Positions 9,003 to 18,449 are shown, numbered from the stretch's first letter. The stretch: 64,000 nucleotides of DNA from Alphaproteobacteria bacterium (GCA_049601975.1 JBMYRC010000007.1:1906-65905); one strand, 5' to 3'. The notes: a model not told the origin generated them from the sequence alone. Numbers and translations are program-made.

Positions 9003-9423
9003 TGATCCCTACCGCTCGTCCCAAAAGCTCGGCGCGGGTGCTCGTCAAACTGAGGCGCGCGCGTTGATGGAAACGGCAAGGGCGCTGGCCATTGCGCAAG
9101 AGAATCTCGAGGATATTACGGCCTATCGTGCAGCGTTGCGGCTGAACTGGCGATTGTGGACGATATTTCAGTCGGATGTCTCGGGGGCTGAGAACCCGCT
9201 ACCGGACGATATTAAGCAAAATATCCTGAATTTGAGCGTCTTTATTGACAAACATACTGTGGATGCCTTGGCCAGCCCGGAAGGCCGAAAACTTAAGGTT
9301 TTGATCGATATTAACCGCAATATCGCTAGCGGTCTTATGACCAATTTGGTCGGTGCCACCGAAACACCGCCGGCACCGACACAACCGCCAAGTGGTGGTG
9401 GTGATGGTGGGATCGTCGCGTAG
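8989..9423 (+). CDS. flaF: flagellar biosynthesis regulator FlaF
   Basis: Shows the FlaF pattern (ARQTEARALMETARAL, ALRLNWRLWTIFQSDV, NPLPDDIKQNILNLSVFI). It overlaps flbT by 14 nt, the usual flbT-flaF pairing. Confidence 0.85.
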   Translation: MSPSSDPYRSSQKLGAGARQTEARALMETARALAIAQENLEDITAYRAALRLNWRLWTIFQSDVSGAENPLPDDIKQNILNLSVFIDKHTVDALASPEGRKLKVLIDINRNIASGLMTNLVGATETPPAPTQPPSGGGDGGIVA

Positions 9424-9443
9424 TTTAAGAACCTCGAATTATA

Positions 9444-11285
9444 TTAGGTCGGCAAATCTGCAACGCAGATCACTTCGGGAGTTTGGCTCGCGACGAAGCG
9501 CCGCCACATTTCACGATAGCCACGCTCTAAATCCGACGTAAATTGAATTGTATCGAAAAGCGCCGCAGACACTCGGCTCTCAGCGATCTTATGCCGAATT
9601 CTCGTTAATTCCCCAGCGTGTGTCGCCAAGTGTTGAGCGCGCGCCGCATATTCGTCGGGCGACACCGTGATCAATTCAGGAAGATTCATCGCCAAAAGTA
9701 AACTTGAGGACACTCTGGACGCAAAATGGCGGCCTTGCATTGTGAGGACCGGTAGCCCGGCCCAGAGAGCGTCACTCGTCGTAGTATGGCCGTTGTAAAA
9801 TTGCGTGTCCAACGCGAGATCGGCGTAAGACATTCGTTCCAAATGCCGCGCTCTCGGTAACATCTCGGCGAAGACAATACGATCCGGTGCGACGCCGGCA
9901 CGAGCGGCCGCGCGGGAGAGGTTCTCTTTTGCACGTAAGTTGTTTTGGAGTATCCAAAGGGCGCTATTTGGAACTGATTTTAGTAAACTCATCCAAATTT
10001 GGAAAAAATCAAAATCTATTTTTATAGGGTTATTAAATGAACAAAATATAAATGAATATTTATTTCGAATATATAAGTAATTTTTAGGTATATCTGTGAT
10101 TTTTTCTTGAGTGTTATCGTTGCATTGATACGTATTTGGTAAAAAAACGGCATTCTCACTAAGACACTCAAGTGTCTCCGGCGGTGTTACAATTTTGTCG
10201 GTTAAAATATAATCGAAGAATTCGGCGCCGCTCGTTCCTGGAAATCCCAAATAGGTCGCTTGAATCGAGGCCGGACGTCGCGCGCAAATCCCTAGGCGGT
10301 TGTGTCTTGTATGCCCTTTGAGGTCCACAAGAATATCTATAGAGTCTCGATGGATAAGGTTTGCGGCCTCCTCGTCATTGAATGCTGAAATGTCGACAAA
10401 CTGATCGCAGGATGCGCGAATGGAATCGCGATAGTCACTGCCGTCGTTTGGTCCATGAGAGTACGCGTGGATCGAAAAACTCTCCCGGTCATGCGCCTGA
10501 AATACGCCGCGCATCAAATGGGCCGTCGCATGGTCGTGAAAATCGGCACTGAGATATCCGACGCGAATTTTGGCGTTCGGATTACGTGACGGCCTGAACT
10601 GATACTCTTCGCCATCATTTGCTGCTTCGGAAAGTTGCCGGCTCCATGATCGTGCGACATCCAAGTTTTGAACTCGCTCGTCGACACGGTGGATATTGTC
10701 GAATGGGGGTTCCGGGGTAGGGCGACCCTCTTTCAGCGCCGCGCAATTTAGGCGATCGATTTGTTCTGATAAAATTTCAAGCTCTTCGCCCCATTCACAT
10801 GTGACGCGCAGGAGAGGGTAGAGGCCGGCGCTAGCGATATTATTATCCGATTGTAATGCCAGTGACCTGCGGAACTGAACGATAGCTTCGCCAATTCGGT
10901 TGCGATCCGCGTAGACGGCGGCCAACCGATTTAGAGATTCCGGCATTGGTGACAGCACGACCCATCGCTCAAGATATGGAATGGCCGCATCAATGCGTCC
11001 GGCTTCCAATAACAGGGACGCAAGTATTGATAGTTTGTTCGTATCCGCTTCCGAATCGCGTACCGATGCGCTTAGATACTCGATTGCACTTTCGGGGTCT
11101 TTCACTTGAACACTCGCGATGCCGGCGAGGTAGAGAGCATAGACGTTTTCTTTATCCCGTGTTAGCACCTGGCGACAAAGCTCGAGCGTCTCTTGCCATT
11201 CACACAAATCCGCGTGTCGGGAGGCACTCTCAAGCATGACAAGCAGCTCTTCCGTCGCCGGATCACGATTTTCAGTCGGGCTCAT
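9444..11285 (-). CDS. TPR / GT41 (SPINDLY-like) glycosyltransferase
   Basis: Shows GT41/COG3914 signatures (IRVGYLSADFHDHATAHL, IDILVDLKGHTRHNRLGICARRPASIQATYLGFPGTSG, FCSFNNPIKI, LDTQFYNGHTTTSDALWAGLPVLT). The start is set at the ATG forming an ATGA overlap with the upstream stop (11282-11285); the ORF track extends to 11357. Confidence 0.85.
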   Translation of the reverse strand: MSPTENRDPATEELLVMLESASRHADLCEWQETLELCRQVLTRDKENVYALYLAGIASVQVKDPESAIEYLSASVRDSEADTNKLSILASLLLEAGRIDAAIPYLERWVVLSPMPESLNRLAAVYADRNRIGEAIVQFRRSLALQSDNNIASAGLYPLLRVTCEWGEELEILSEQIDRLNCAALKEGRPTPEPPFDNIHRVDERVQNLDVARSWSRQLSEAANDGEEYQFRPSRNPNAKIRVGYLSADFHDHATAHLMRGVFQAHDRESFSIHAYSHGPNDGSDYRDSIRASCDQFVDISAFNDEEAANLIHRDSIDILVDLKGHTRHNRLGICARRPASIQATYLGFPGTSGAEFFDYILTDKIVTPPETLECLSENAVFLPNTYQCNDNTQEKITDIPKNYLYIRNKYSFIFCSFNNPIKIDFDFFQIWMSLLKSVPNSALWILQNNLRAKENLSRAAARAGVAPDRIVFAEMLPRARHLERMSYADLALDTQFYNGHTTTSDALWAGLPVLTMQGRHFASRVSSSLLLAMNLPELITVSPDEYAARAQHLATHAGELTRIRHKIAESRVSAALFDTIQFTSDLERGYREMWRRFVASQTPEVICVADLPT

Positions 11286-13195
11286 GTAGTAGGTGCATTC
11301 GAATGACGAGCATATTGAGCTAGCTCGCGGGCTACTGTGGCGGCAAGGCCTTCCCAATCACCGTGGCTGCTTTGGCGGAACAAGCGCATGGTCGGATACC
11401 AAGGAGAATCTTCACGATCCATGAGATATCGCCAATCCGCATGATGACCAAGCATGACCCAAACCGGCTTGCCAAGAGCACCCGCAAGATGCGCGGTAGC
11501 GGTATCGACCGTGATCACCAAGTCGAGGGCCTCGACTGCGGCTGCCGTATCATCGAAACTGGCACATTGGGTGCCGAAATCCAGCAGATCGCCAAGAGAA
11601 TTCGGAGATATCTGTCCGACTTGAAGACTCACAAATTGGACCTGATTGACGGCCCGAATTTGTGCTAGCGCGGTTTCTGGACAGCTGCGCATACCGTCAT
11701 CTTGCCGATCTGGATTGCCGAGCCAAACCAGACCGACCTTTAGATCCGTATCGCCTAATTGGGCTCGGAATGAGTCCACTTTAGGAGATGATGGAGACAA
11801 ATAGGGTACATTGGCGGGCACGGACTCCAGAGTGGTATTGAAAATTTGGGGTATACTCATCAGGGGAATGCAGTAGTCAGCTTCCGGAAGAGTGTCCTTA
11901 CGGGCAATGACGTTTTTGATTCCCCGGAGGCTGCGACACAATTCCACCATTGGGCGCTGGCATTCGAAATGTACGTCGGCTCCTTGATCCGAAAGTAGCG
12001 TTAAATATCTGCAAAACTGTAGTGTGTCGCCAAAACCCTGTTCCGCATATACCAATAGTTTGCGACCTTGAAGCGGCTCTCCTTTCCATCGATCGATGGC
12101 AAATCGCCTGTGTTTCGCGGTGAACTGTTCCGCGTGCCAACGAGCTTCGTAATTCTGCCAGCCTTCCGCATAATTGCCCTGCATTAATTGCGCGATTCCA
12201 AGGCTCGTACGGATATCACCATTGTTTGGTGAGATGCTCAGCACTTTCGTGTATACCGCTGCGGCTTCTACTGGGTTATTTAGGTTCAACAGTGCCAGTC
12301 CGAGGTTGCCGAGCGCATTTGTGCTGTCGGGATCAGCCGAATGGGCCGTGCGATAAAGCGCTGCTGCTGCTTCGAAATTACCTTGTGAGCGCAATACATT
12401 ACCGAGATTGACCAAGGCTTCCGGCCAATCGGGACGTATCGCGATTACACGACGAAAGATGTGAGCGGCTTCTGCTAAGTCGCCGTTGGCATGAATGGCG
12501 ACACCGAGATTGTTTACAATCTCCGAATTGTCAGGTGAGATTTCTATGGCGGCGCGAAAATTCTCGATGGCTTCAGGATATTGCCGTGCATCGCAAAGGG
12601 CGAGCCCGAGATTGTTAAGTGCGTCGGTGAAATCCGGAAATAGCGCCAATGACTTTCGGGCAGCCGCTATTGCACTTGGTACCTGACTGTCGCGACGCAA
12701 GGCGAACGAGAGATTGTTAAAGGCCTCATGGGACTCTGGCTGCTTTGAGATACAATGTCGGTAATTTTCGATGGCTCCAGTAAAATCGCCTATGTGCGCT
12801 TGCGCGTTTGCCATCTGGAATTGCGTTGCAGGATCCGTTTGGTCCAGCTCAGCCGCCATTCGCAAATGGCGCAAGGCTTCGTTGGCGCTTCCGTTTGCGA
12901 GCAACACGGCACCTAAATCACGATTGAAGATTGGGTTTGCTGGCGCCTGCCTTTGAGCTTCGCCTAGATACCTGGACGCGTTATCTAAATCTCCTCGTTT
13001 TTGTGCTGTCAGGCCACGCAAATGCCAGGCGATATCCGCATTTGGCACGGCCTCAAGCACTTGGCGGAGGATCTCTTCCACGCGAGGAAGATCATTCTGG
13101 TCGTACGCTCGAAGAGCGTCCGCAAGAACAGCAGAGAGGCTGCCGACTAAAGGTTTGGTATTTTGCTCTTCAGACGCAGTCATGCTGCATTTCAC
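11282..13195 (-). CDS. TPR-repeat / GT9 (heptosyltransferase-fold) glycosyltransferase fusion
   Basis: About 9 TPR units (AFNNLSFAL, ALNNLGLAL, IVNNLGVAI, ALVNLGNVL, ALGNLGLAL) are followed by a GT9-like C-terminal domain: LLVYAEQGFGDTLQFCRYL, VGLVWLGNP, LVITVDTATAHLAGALGKPVWVML. Confidence 0.8.
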   Translation of the reverse strand: MKCSMTASEEQNTKPLVGSLSAVLADALRAYDQNDLPRVEEILRQVLEAVPNADIAWHLRGLTAQKRGDLDNASRYLGEAQRQAPANPIFNRDLGAVLLANGSANEALRHLRMAAELDQTDPATQFQMANAQAHIGDFTGAIENYRHCISKQPESHEAFNNLSFALRRDSQVPSAIAAARKSLALFPDFTDALNNLGLALCDARQYPEAIENFRAAIEISPDNSEIVNNLGVAIHANGDLAEAAHIFRRVIAIRPDWPEALVNLGNVLRSQGNFEAAAALYRTAHSADPDSTNALGNLGLALLNLNNPVEAAAVYTKVLSISPNNGDIRTSLGIAQLMQGNYAEGWQNYEARWHAEQFTAKHRRFAIDRWKGEPLQGRKLLVYAEQGFGDTLQFCRYLTLLSDQGADVHFECQRPMVELCRSLRGIKNVIARKDTLPEADYCIPLMSIPQIFNTTLESVPANVPYLSPSSPKVDSFRAQLGDTDLKVGLVWLGNPDRQDDGMRSCPETALAQIRAVNQVQFVSLQVGQISPNSLGDLLDFGTQCASFDDTAAAVEALDLVITVDTATAHLAGALGKPVWVMLGHHADWRYLMDREDSPWYPTMRLFRQSSHGDWEGLAATVARELAQYARHSNAPTT

Positions 13196-13263
13196 GGTAT
13201 TTGGTGGATCTTAACCGGACTTTATCCAGGAAACGTCGTTCTGATGTCAATCGATGCGATGCC

Positions 13264-14232
13264 CTAACGTAGGAAATTCGAGAGCGATAGGGTCTGAATT
13301 CGTGCGATTGTCGTAAATGATGCCTCCAACTGAATTTGTTCAAAGTTGAGGGAGGTAATGACTTCGCCCGGGTCGATGTTCTCGATTTCCGCGATGGAAT
13401 CCTGCGAAAACTGGAGGAAATCGTTGTGCTTGTCCCGGATGTTGTCCAAGACAACCCGGTCCAAACCGATATCTGCGCGTAGGTCGGATAGAGTCTTATC
13501 GACGCCGTTGTTGTCGATGAGTTCGGTTAACTCCACCATGGCTTCGGACAGAAATGTTTTTTCTTGGGCCGTGATTGGATCGGTAAAGGTAACGTTGGAG
13601 ACGTTATCCAGCGTCCGAATGAGTTTTTCGAACGCGCTTTCGTCCGCATTCATGCCGTATGCAACGTTGAAACCATCGTCAGCACGAGTAGACTGCAAGA
13701 CCGCGTCGCCTTGATAATATCCAGTTTCAACTGTTTGCACGAAAGTCGGCGGAGAGCCAGGAGCGGGTGCCGTATAATTGGCGTTTGAGAGGTTGACGGG
13801 CTTCGTCTCGACCGCTCCACCGGCAAACAAGAAGCGGCTGTCGTCCTTGGTGTTCAAAACCTCGACGACCTGGTCGAGTGACGCTTGTGCCAGCAATGAC
13901 AGCTGGATGTCATCAGCGGCGCTGCCATTGAGCGCGGCGGCGAAATCGGTGCGAGCCTTGCGCGCGACATCTTCGATCTGGTCCAACGCAAAGGCCATCA
14001 GATCCAGCCGTTTCTCGGTAATGGTGATGTTCTGGATAAACTGCTCAGCCTGGGACAACTCGCTTTTCAAATTGACGAGTCTGCCGGCGTCGTCGGCGAT
14101 ACCGGAGAAGGATTGCGTTTTCTTGCCTGAGGCGATCTGCATCTGGAGATCGTTCACATTGCGCTGAGTGCGCAGAGCATTGCTGGTGATCAGTTGTTGC
14201 TGAGCGAGAGTGGAGACACGTGTCGCGACCAT
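13264..14232 (-). CDS. flgL: flagellar hook-associated protein 3 FlgL
   Basis: Flagellin-like N-terminus RVSTLAQQQL...LRTQRNVNDLQMQIASGKK, 322 aa, immediately downstream of flgK. Confidence 0.85.
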   Translation of the reverse strand: MVATRVSTLAQQQLITSNALRTQRNVNDLQMQIASGKKTQSFSGIADDAGRLVNLKSELSQAEQFIQNITITEKRLDLMAFALDQIEDVARKARTDFAAALNGSAADDIQLSLLAQASLDQVVEVLNTKDDSRFLFAGGAVETKPVNLSNANYTAPAPGSPPTFVQTVETGYYQGDAVLQSTRADDGFNVAYGMNADESAFEKLIRTLDNVSNVTFTDPITAQEKTFLSEAMVELTELIDNNGVDKTLSDLRADIGLDRVVLDNIRDKHNDFLQFSQDSIAEIENIDPGEVITSLNFEQIQLEASFTTIARIQTLSLSNFLR

Positions 14233-14243
14233 CTTCTAATCTC

Positions 14244-16355
14244 CTATCGGACCGAATCAATCAGCTCTTGCAGCATATCGGATGCCACTGAGATAATACG
14301 TGCTGCGGCGTTGAACGATTGTTCAAGCACCACTAGATTCGCGAGCTCTTCGTCGAGGTTGACGCCGGAAATTGAAGAGGCTCTGAATTCCATTGTTTGA
14401 GTGAACTGAGTGGTGAATTCGAGTTCGGTGCGGGCATCATTAGTTTGCGCGGCCTGAAGGCCGAGCATCTGCGCCGAAAAACTGGCGAGTGTTGTTGAGA
14501 CGCTCGAAATAGCGCCGGTAGTGCCGAACGTAATTTCTTTACCGAATACTCCCGCGAGCGCTGAGGCGGCAGTTGCATCACCGGCGGAGACGCCGGTCGT
14601 CTTACTCACGGTGCCATGTGCTAAGCGGGCCGGATCGTTAACAATGTCGGTATTGACTTGGAAGCGGCCGGAAAGGGATCGGTTGTCCGAGGTCAAACCG
14701 ATTTGAGAAACCAATGTGCCACTATCGGTAATCGTGAAATTATTGCCATCGGAATCGGCGATAACCAAACGCCGCCCACCGCCGTCGTTGACAACAGATG
14801 CTGAAATGTTAGCCGACGTAAGGTCAACATCGGCGGTGATATTCGTTGCAATCGTGTCGAGCGATTGACCGGTAGTATAAGCGATCGTGACCGGTGAGTT
14901 GGTAAAATTACCGGTAACTGTCAAGTTACCCGCAATGCCAAGAGCGGCGGTGCTGCTTGAGACTTGTGAAGAAGCGAAAGAGTTATAGTCGCTCGAAGTG
15001 GTTTCTTGGACCAAGAGATCGTTCAGTCCGAAGAAATGCGAGAAGCCGCGAGTCTCGCCTTGGATGACGGTATAGGAGCTGGTGCTGTTTGCGATAGCAA
15101 TTCCGTTGGCAGCGCTATCAGCGGAGATCACGAGCTTTCCGTTGCTATTGATCGAGGCACTGGCATTCGTCATGCCGTCGATTGTCGTCGCGACTTCGCC
15201 CGAGGTATCGACACCGGCAGCACTCAAGTCGGCGATGTTAAGAGTTTCGACGACGGCACCGGTCGAGCGATCGATGATGACGATATCTACTGCGCCCGTA
15301 CCCGAAATCAGATCTTCCGACGCGAAGGTTTGTGAACCCGTCAGGGTATGCGGCGGTGGTGAAGCGGAGCCCGCGTTATGAGCTGCATTCAGTTGGATTG
15401 TCAGCTTTTGAATCAGGGTGTCGAGCTCGGACTGCAAGTTCGGCAAAACTTCATCCCGAAGATCTATTAGGCCTTTTAGTTTTCCGGTTGTAATCTCGGC
15501 CGTGATATCATTTGTGCCGTTCGCGGTGTCGGGTGTGCCGAGAAAAATTCCTGTAATTCCGCCGGGATAGCCTGAATCCGTGGGTGCTAAATAATCAAGA
15601 GACGCGCTCATCTGAACTGCGGAGACATGGGTTGCGGTTTCAACAACCGATCCGCTTATTAAATTGCGACCGGTATTTGTTAGGATTGTCAGCAGGCTGT
15701 TCGAATCCTCAATGATTCGAAGATCCATTTGCTCGGCAAGCAATTTTAAGGCGCGGTCTCGCTCATCTCGCTCCTCACCGCTCGGTTGGTTTAATCCTTC
15801 GGCGCGCGCGACCCGTGTGTTCAGGTCATTAACGATATTTAATTGATTATTGATATTCGTCGCGGAGCGGCTGATTTCCTGGTCAGCTTTGAGACGCAGA
15901 TCCTGTACGTTGTTAGTCAAATCCTGAATCCGCAATACTGCTTTGCGCAATTCATTGACTGCGTTGAACCCGGCGGCGCTGGATTCTGGCGTAGTGGCGA
16001 AAGCTTCTAGCGAATCGCGGATGGAGGAGAGTGAATTCGTCACCGAGCGATCGTTGTCAGGTGAACTGAACAGCGCTTCGAGCTCGCTGAGGAACTCCTC
16101 GCGCACACCCAGATTTCCCAGGATGGCCTGTTGATTGCGAATTTCCCTAATCAGGAACTCGTCGACCACACGGTCGACCGGCTCGACATTGACGCCCGCG
16201 CCAGTGCCGCTGACCGTTCGGGTCGAAAAGGTGACGTCCTTGCGCGAGTAGCCCTCGGTATTGACGTTTGTGATATTGCTCGACGTGACCTGCAAAGCGG
16301 ATTGTGTCGCGGAGAGGCCGCTTAATGCGGTACGAAGGGCGAGAGTCAGTGTCAT
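14244..16355 (-). CDS. flgK: flagellar hook-associated protein 1 FlgK
   Basis: The N-terminus ALRTALSGLSATQSALQVTSSNITNVNTEGYSRK and the C-terminus EELANLVVLEQSFNAAARIISVASDMLQELI are canonical FlgK. Confidence 0.9.
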   Translation of the reverse strand: MTLTLALRTALSGLSATQSALQVTSSNITNVNTEGYSRKDVTFSTRTVSGTGAGVNVEPVDRVVDEFLIREIRNQQAILGNLGVREEFLSELEALFSSPDNDRSVTNSLSSIRDSLEAFATTPESSAAGFNAVNELRKAVLRIQDLTNNVQDLRLKADQEISRSATNINNQLNIVNDLNTRVARAEGLNQPSGEERDERDRALKLLAEQMDLRIIEDSNSLLTILTNTGRNLISGSVVETATHVSAVQMSASLDYLAPTDSGYPGGITGIFLGTPDTANGTNDITAEITTGKLKGLIDLRDEVLPNLQSELDTLIQKLTIQLNAAHNAGSASPPPHTLTGSQTFASEDLISGTGAVDIVIIDRSTGAVVETLNIADLSAAGVDTSGEVATTIDGMTNASASINSNGKLVISADSAANGIAIANSTSSYTVIQGETRGFSHFFGLNDLLVQETTSSDYNSFASSQVSSSTAALGIAGNLTVTGNFTNSPVTIAYTTGQSLDTIATNITADVDLTSANISASVVNDGGGRRLVIADSDGNNFTITDSGTLVSQIGLTSDNRSLSGRFQVNTDIVNDPARLAHGTVSKTTGVSAGDATAASALAGVFGKEITFGTTGAISSVSTTLASFSAQMLGLQAAQTNDARTELEFTTQFTQTMEFRASSISGVNLDEELANLVVLEQSFNAAARIISVASDMLQELIDSVR

Positions 16356-16365
16356 CCGTCTACCC

Positions 16366-16809
16366 TCACAATTGCTCGTTTAAGGTCATCGGAATTACCG
16401 ACATTTTGCCGCGCCTCGCCGCATATGGTGTGGTGCCATTGGCGCCGTATCCGTTCGGGCGGGTTTCTTGTTTGGTCGCGAGTTGGGCGATTTTGTGGAC
16501 CATTCTCGTATTCATCTCGAGCGCGGCGCGAAGAGCCCTGGCGTTTTGCTGTGCGGACTGGTCGAAGGCCTCGCTAGCGAGGCGCAACCGGTCGCGAACT
16601 TCTGGTGCCACCGCATTGAAGGCGCCCGCGTCCTGGACTGCTTCACGTATGCGCAATTCGTAGAGGCCCGAAAGCGAGGTTTTCTCCTGCTGAAGCGCGC
16701 CAATCTCCTTCACGCGCAGCTCTGTTAGCAGGGTATTCTCCTGATCGAGGATCGCGGTCAGCGCTACCGTCACATCAATCAATTCATGTGCTCGTGCGGT
16801 TGTATCCAT
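16366..16809 (-). CDS. FlgN-like flagellar export chaperone (putative)
   Basis: A 147-aa helical protein located directly upstream of flgK. The segment LIDVTVALTAILDQENTLLTELRVKEIGALQQEKTSL resembles the FlgN pattern. The call rests on position and pattern only. Confidence 0.5.
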   Translation of the reverse strand: MDTTARAHELIDVTVALTAILDQENTLLTELRVKEIGALQQEKTSLSGLYELRIREAVQDAGAFNAVAPEVRDRLRLASEAFDQSAQQNARALRAALEMNTRMVHKIAQLATKQETRPNGYGANGTTPYAARRGKMSVIPMTLNEQL

Positions 16810-16812
16810 CGT

Positions 16813-17154
16813 CTACTTTTCCTGCATTTCCTGCATCTTGAGGAGCTGTTGACGGACCGCATCGGCGATGCCGAAATTACCCTGCGATGCCGCTTCTTTG
16901 CCGTATTCCTGAACCAGTATCGAGCGGAAAACCTTTTCACCTTGGCCACCGCTAAAAGGACCATCGGTCTTGATGCCCGACATCATCGATTCGGTCATCA
17001 TGGATACGAAAAACGCTTCAAAGTCCTCTGCGACCTTGTCGATTTTCGCATTTGACATCGGTGCAGATTTTTTGCCGCCTGCCGAGACGCTCGGTGCCAG
17101 GTTCGCTTGATAGCTTTGCTGAACCTGATCGACAAAGGTGCTACTATCTAACAT
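16813..17154 (-). CDS. rod-binding protein (FlgJ N-terminal domain-like, no muramidase domain)
   Basis: KVAEDFEAFFVSMMTESMM...GGQGEKVFRSILVQEYGKEAA...GIADAV matches the Rod_binding domain pattern. Located downstream of flgI. Confidence 0.8.
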   Translation of the reverse strand: MLDSSTFVDQVQQSYQANLAPSVSAGGKKSAPMSNAKIDKVAEDFEAFFVSMMTESMMSGIKTDGPFSGGQGEKVFRSILVQEYGKEAASQGNFGIADAVRQQLLKMQEMQEK

Positions 17155-17155
17155 C

Positions 17156-18316
17156 TTACAATACCTCTATGTCGGCTTGCATGGAGCCGGATGCTTTCAC
17201 TGCCTGCAGAATGGTAATCATGTCACGCGGCCCGATCCCGAGGGCGTTCAAGCCGTTTACGAGTTCTTGCAAGGTCACGCCGTTCGGCAAGACCGCGAAC
17301 TTGCGATCCTCGCCTTCGTCGACTTCGACGGCGGTCCGGTTTACGGTTTCCGTCGTCCCTGTGTTGGAGAAGGGCGCCGGTTGCGAGACTTGCTGCGTCT
17401 CGGTGATGCGGATCGTCAGATTGCCCTGAGCGATGGCGACCGTACTGATGCGAACGTTTTCGCCCATTACAATGATGCCGGATTGTTCGTCGATAATAAC
17501 CTTGGCAATTTGGTCGGGCTGCACCTGAAGTTGCTCGATATCGGTCAGAAGTTCGACCAGCTCACCTTTATAAGTACTGGGAATGTCTAAAACGATCGTG
17601 GCGTTGTCGGAAGCCTTAGCTGTCTTCAAGCCTACGAAAGCGTTGATGGCCCGCGCAACGCGGCGGGCTGTTGTGAAATCTGGATTGCGCAGCGAAAGAC
17701 GGACACGCTTGAGGTCAGATAGTTGGAACGGCAATTCGCGCTCAACGATGGCACCGTTTGGAATACGACCGCTAGTCGGTACGCCTTTTACGACGGTTTC
17801 CGCGGCTCCAGCCGCAGCAAAACCGCCGACAGCAAGAGTGCCTTGTGCGACGGCGTAGACTTCGCCATCGGCGCCAAGCATTGGCGTGACCAATAAGGTT
17901 CCGCCCAACAGGCTGCTGGAGTTACCGAGGGCGGAGACTGAGACGTCGATCTTTGCACCTTGGCGGGCAAAAGCGGGTAATTGTCCGGTGACCATAACTG
18001 CGGCGACATTTTTTGCATCGAGAGACGTATCGTTGGCGTTGACGCCCAGACGCTCGAGCATGCCGATCAAGCTTTGCTTCGTGAAAACGTTGCTTGATAG
18101 CGAATCACCGCTTCCGTTCAGGCCAACAACCAAACCGTAACCGATCAAAATATTATCGCGTATACCTTCAATTTCGACGATATCCTTGATACGTGATTGT
18201 GCGATTGCGCTGTTTGTCCAGGCAATGCAGGTCGCAAGTACGGTTAAGGCCATCACGGCCCTTCGGACCGGATTTCTTGTCTTGGGATGGGTCGTTGATT
18301 TCTTCATCTCCGCCAT
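17156..18316 (-). CDS. flgI: flagellar P-ring protein FlgI
   Basis: Signal peptide followed by RIKDIVEIEGIRDNILIGYGLVVGLNGSGD and a C-terminal LQELVNGLNALGIGPRDMITILQAVKASG. Confidence 0.95.
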   Translation of the reverse strand: MAEMKKSTTHPKTRNPVRRAVMALTVLATCIAWTNSAIAQSRIKDIVEIEGIRDNILIGYGLVVGLNGSGDSLSSNVFTKQSLIGMLERLGVNANDTSLDAKNVAAVMVTGQLPAFARQGAKIDVSVSALGNSSSLLGGTLLVTPMLGADGEVYAVAQGTLAVGGFAAAGAAETVVKGVPTSGRIPNGAIVERELPFQLSDLKRVRLSLRNPDFTTARRVARAINAFVGLKTAKASDNATIVLDIPSTYKGELVELLTDIEQLQVQPDQIAKVIIDEQSGIIVMGENVRISTVAIAQGNLTIRITETQQVSQPAPFSNTGTTETVNRTAVEVDEGEDRKFAVLPNGVTLQELVNGLNALGIGPRDMITILQAVKASGSMQADIEVL

Positions 18317-18350
18317 AACTCCCGATTCGAGATTTCCTCGAACTCATTAT

Positions 18351-18366
18351 TGCGAATTGTATGCCA
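18351..18366 (-). promoter_or_regulatory. sigma-54 (-24/-12) promoter of the flgI operon
   Basis: The minus strand reads TGGCATACAATTCGCA with exact GG-N10-GC spacing, about 35 nt upstream of the flgI ATG. Confidence 0.7.
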
Positions 18367-18381
18367 TCTAATGATGTTACT

Positions 18382-18394
18382 TAATTTATTGATA
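18382..18394 (-). promoter_or_regulatory. IHF-like site between the UAS and the flgI sigma-54 promoter
   Basis: The minus strand reads TATCAATAAATTA, matching WATCAANNNNTTR. It sits inside the AT-rich inverted repeat AATTTATT-N10-AATAAATT. Confidence 0.3.
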
Positions 18395-18449
18395 TATAAT
18401 AATAAATTATGAAATTAGGTGAGGAGGGAATTGATCCTGTCGAGCGTCA

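Noticed and set aside
13346-16325. Numerous 60-130-aa plus-strand ORFs inside flgL and flgK (for example 13346-13714, 13778-14167, 15006-15381)
   Set aside because: All are antisense to high-confidence flgK and flgL. The products are Ser/Ala-rich shadows of Ala/Thr/Ser-rich genes.
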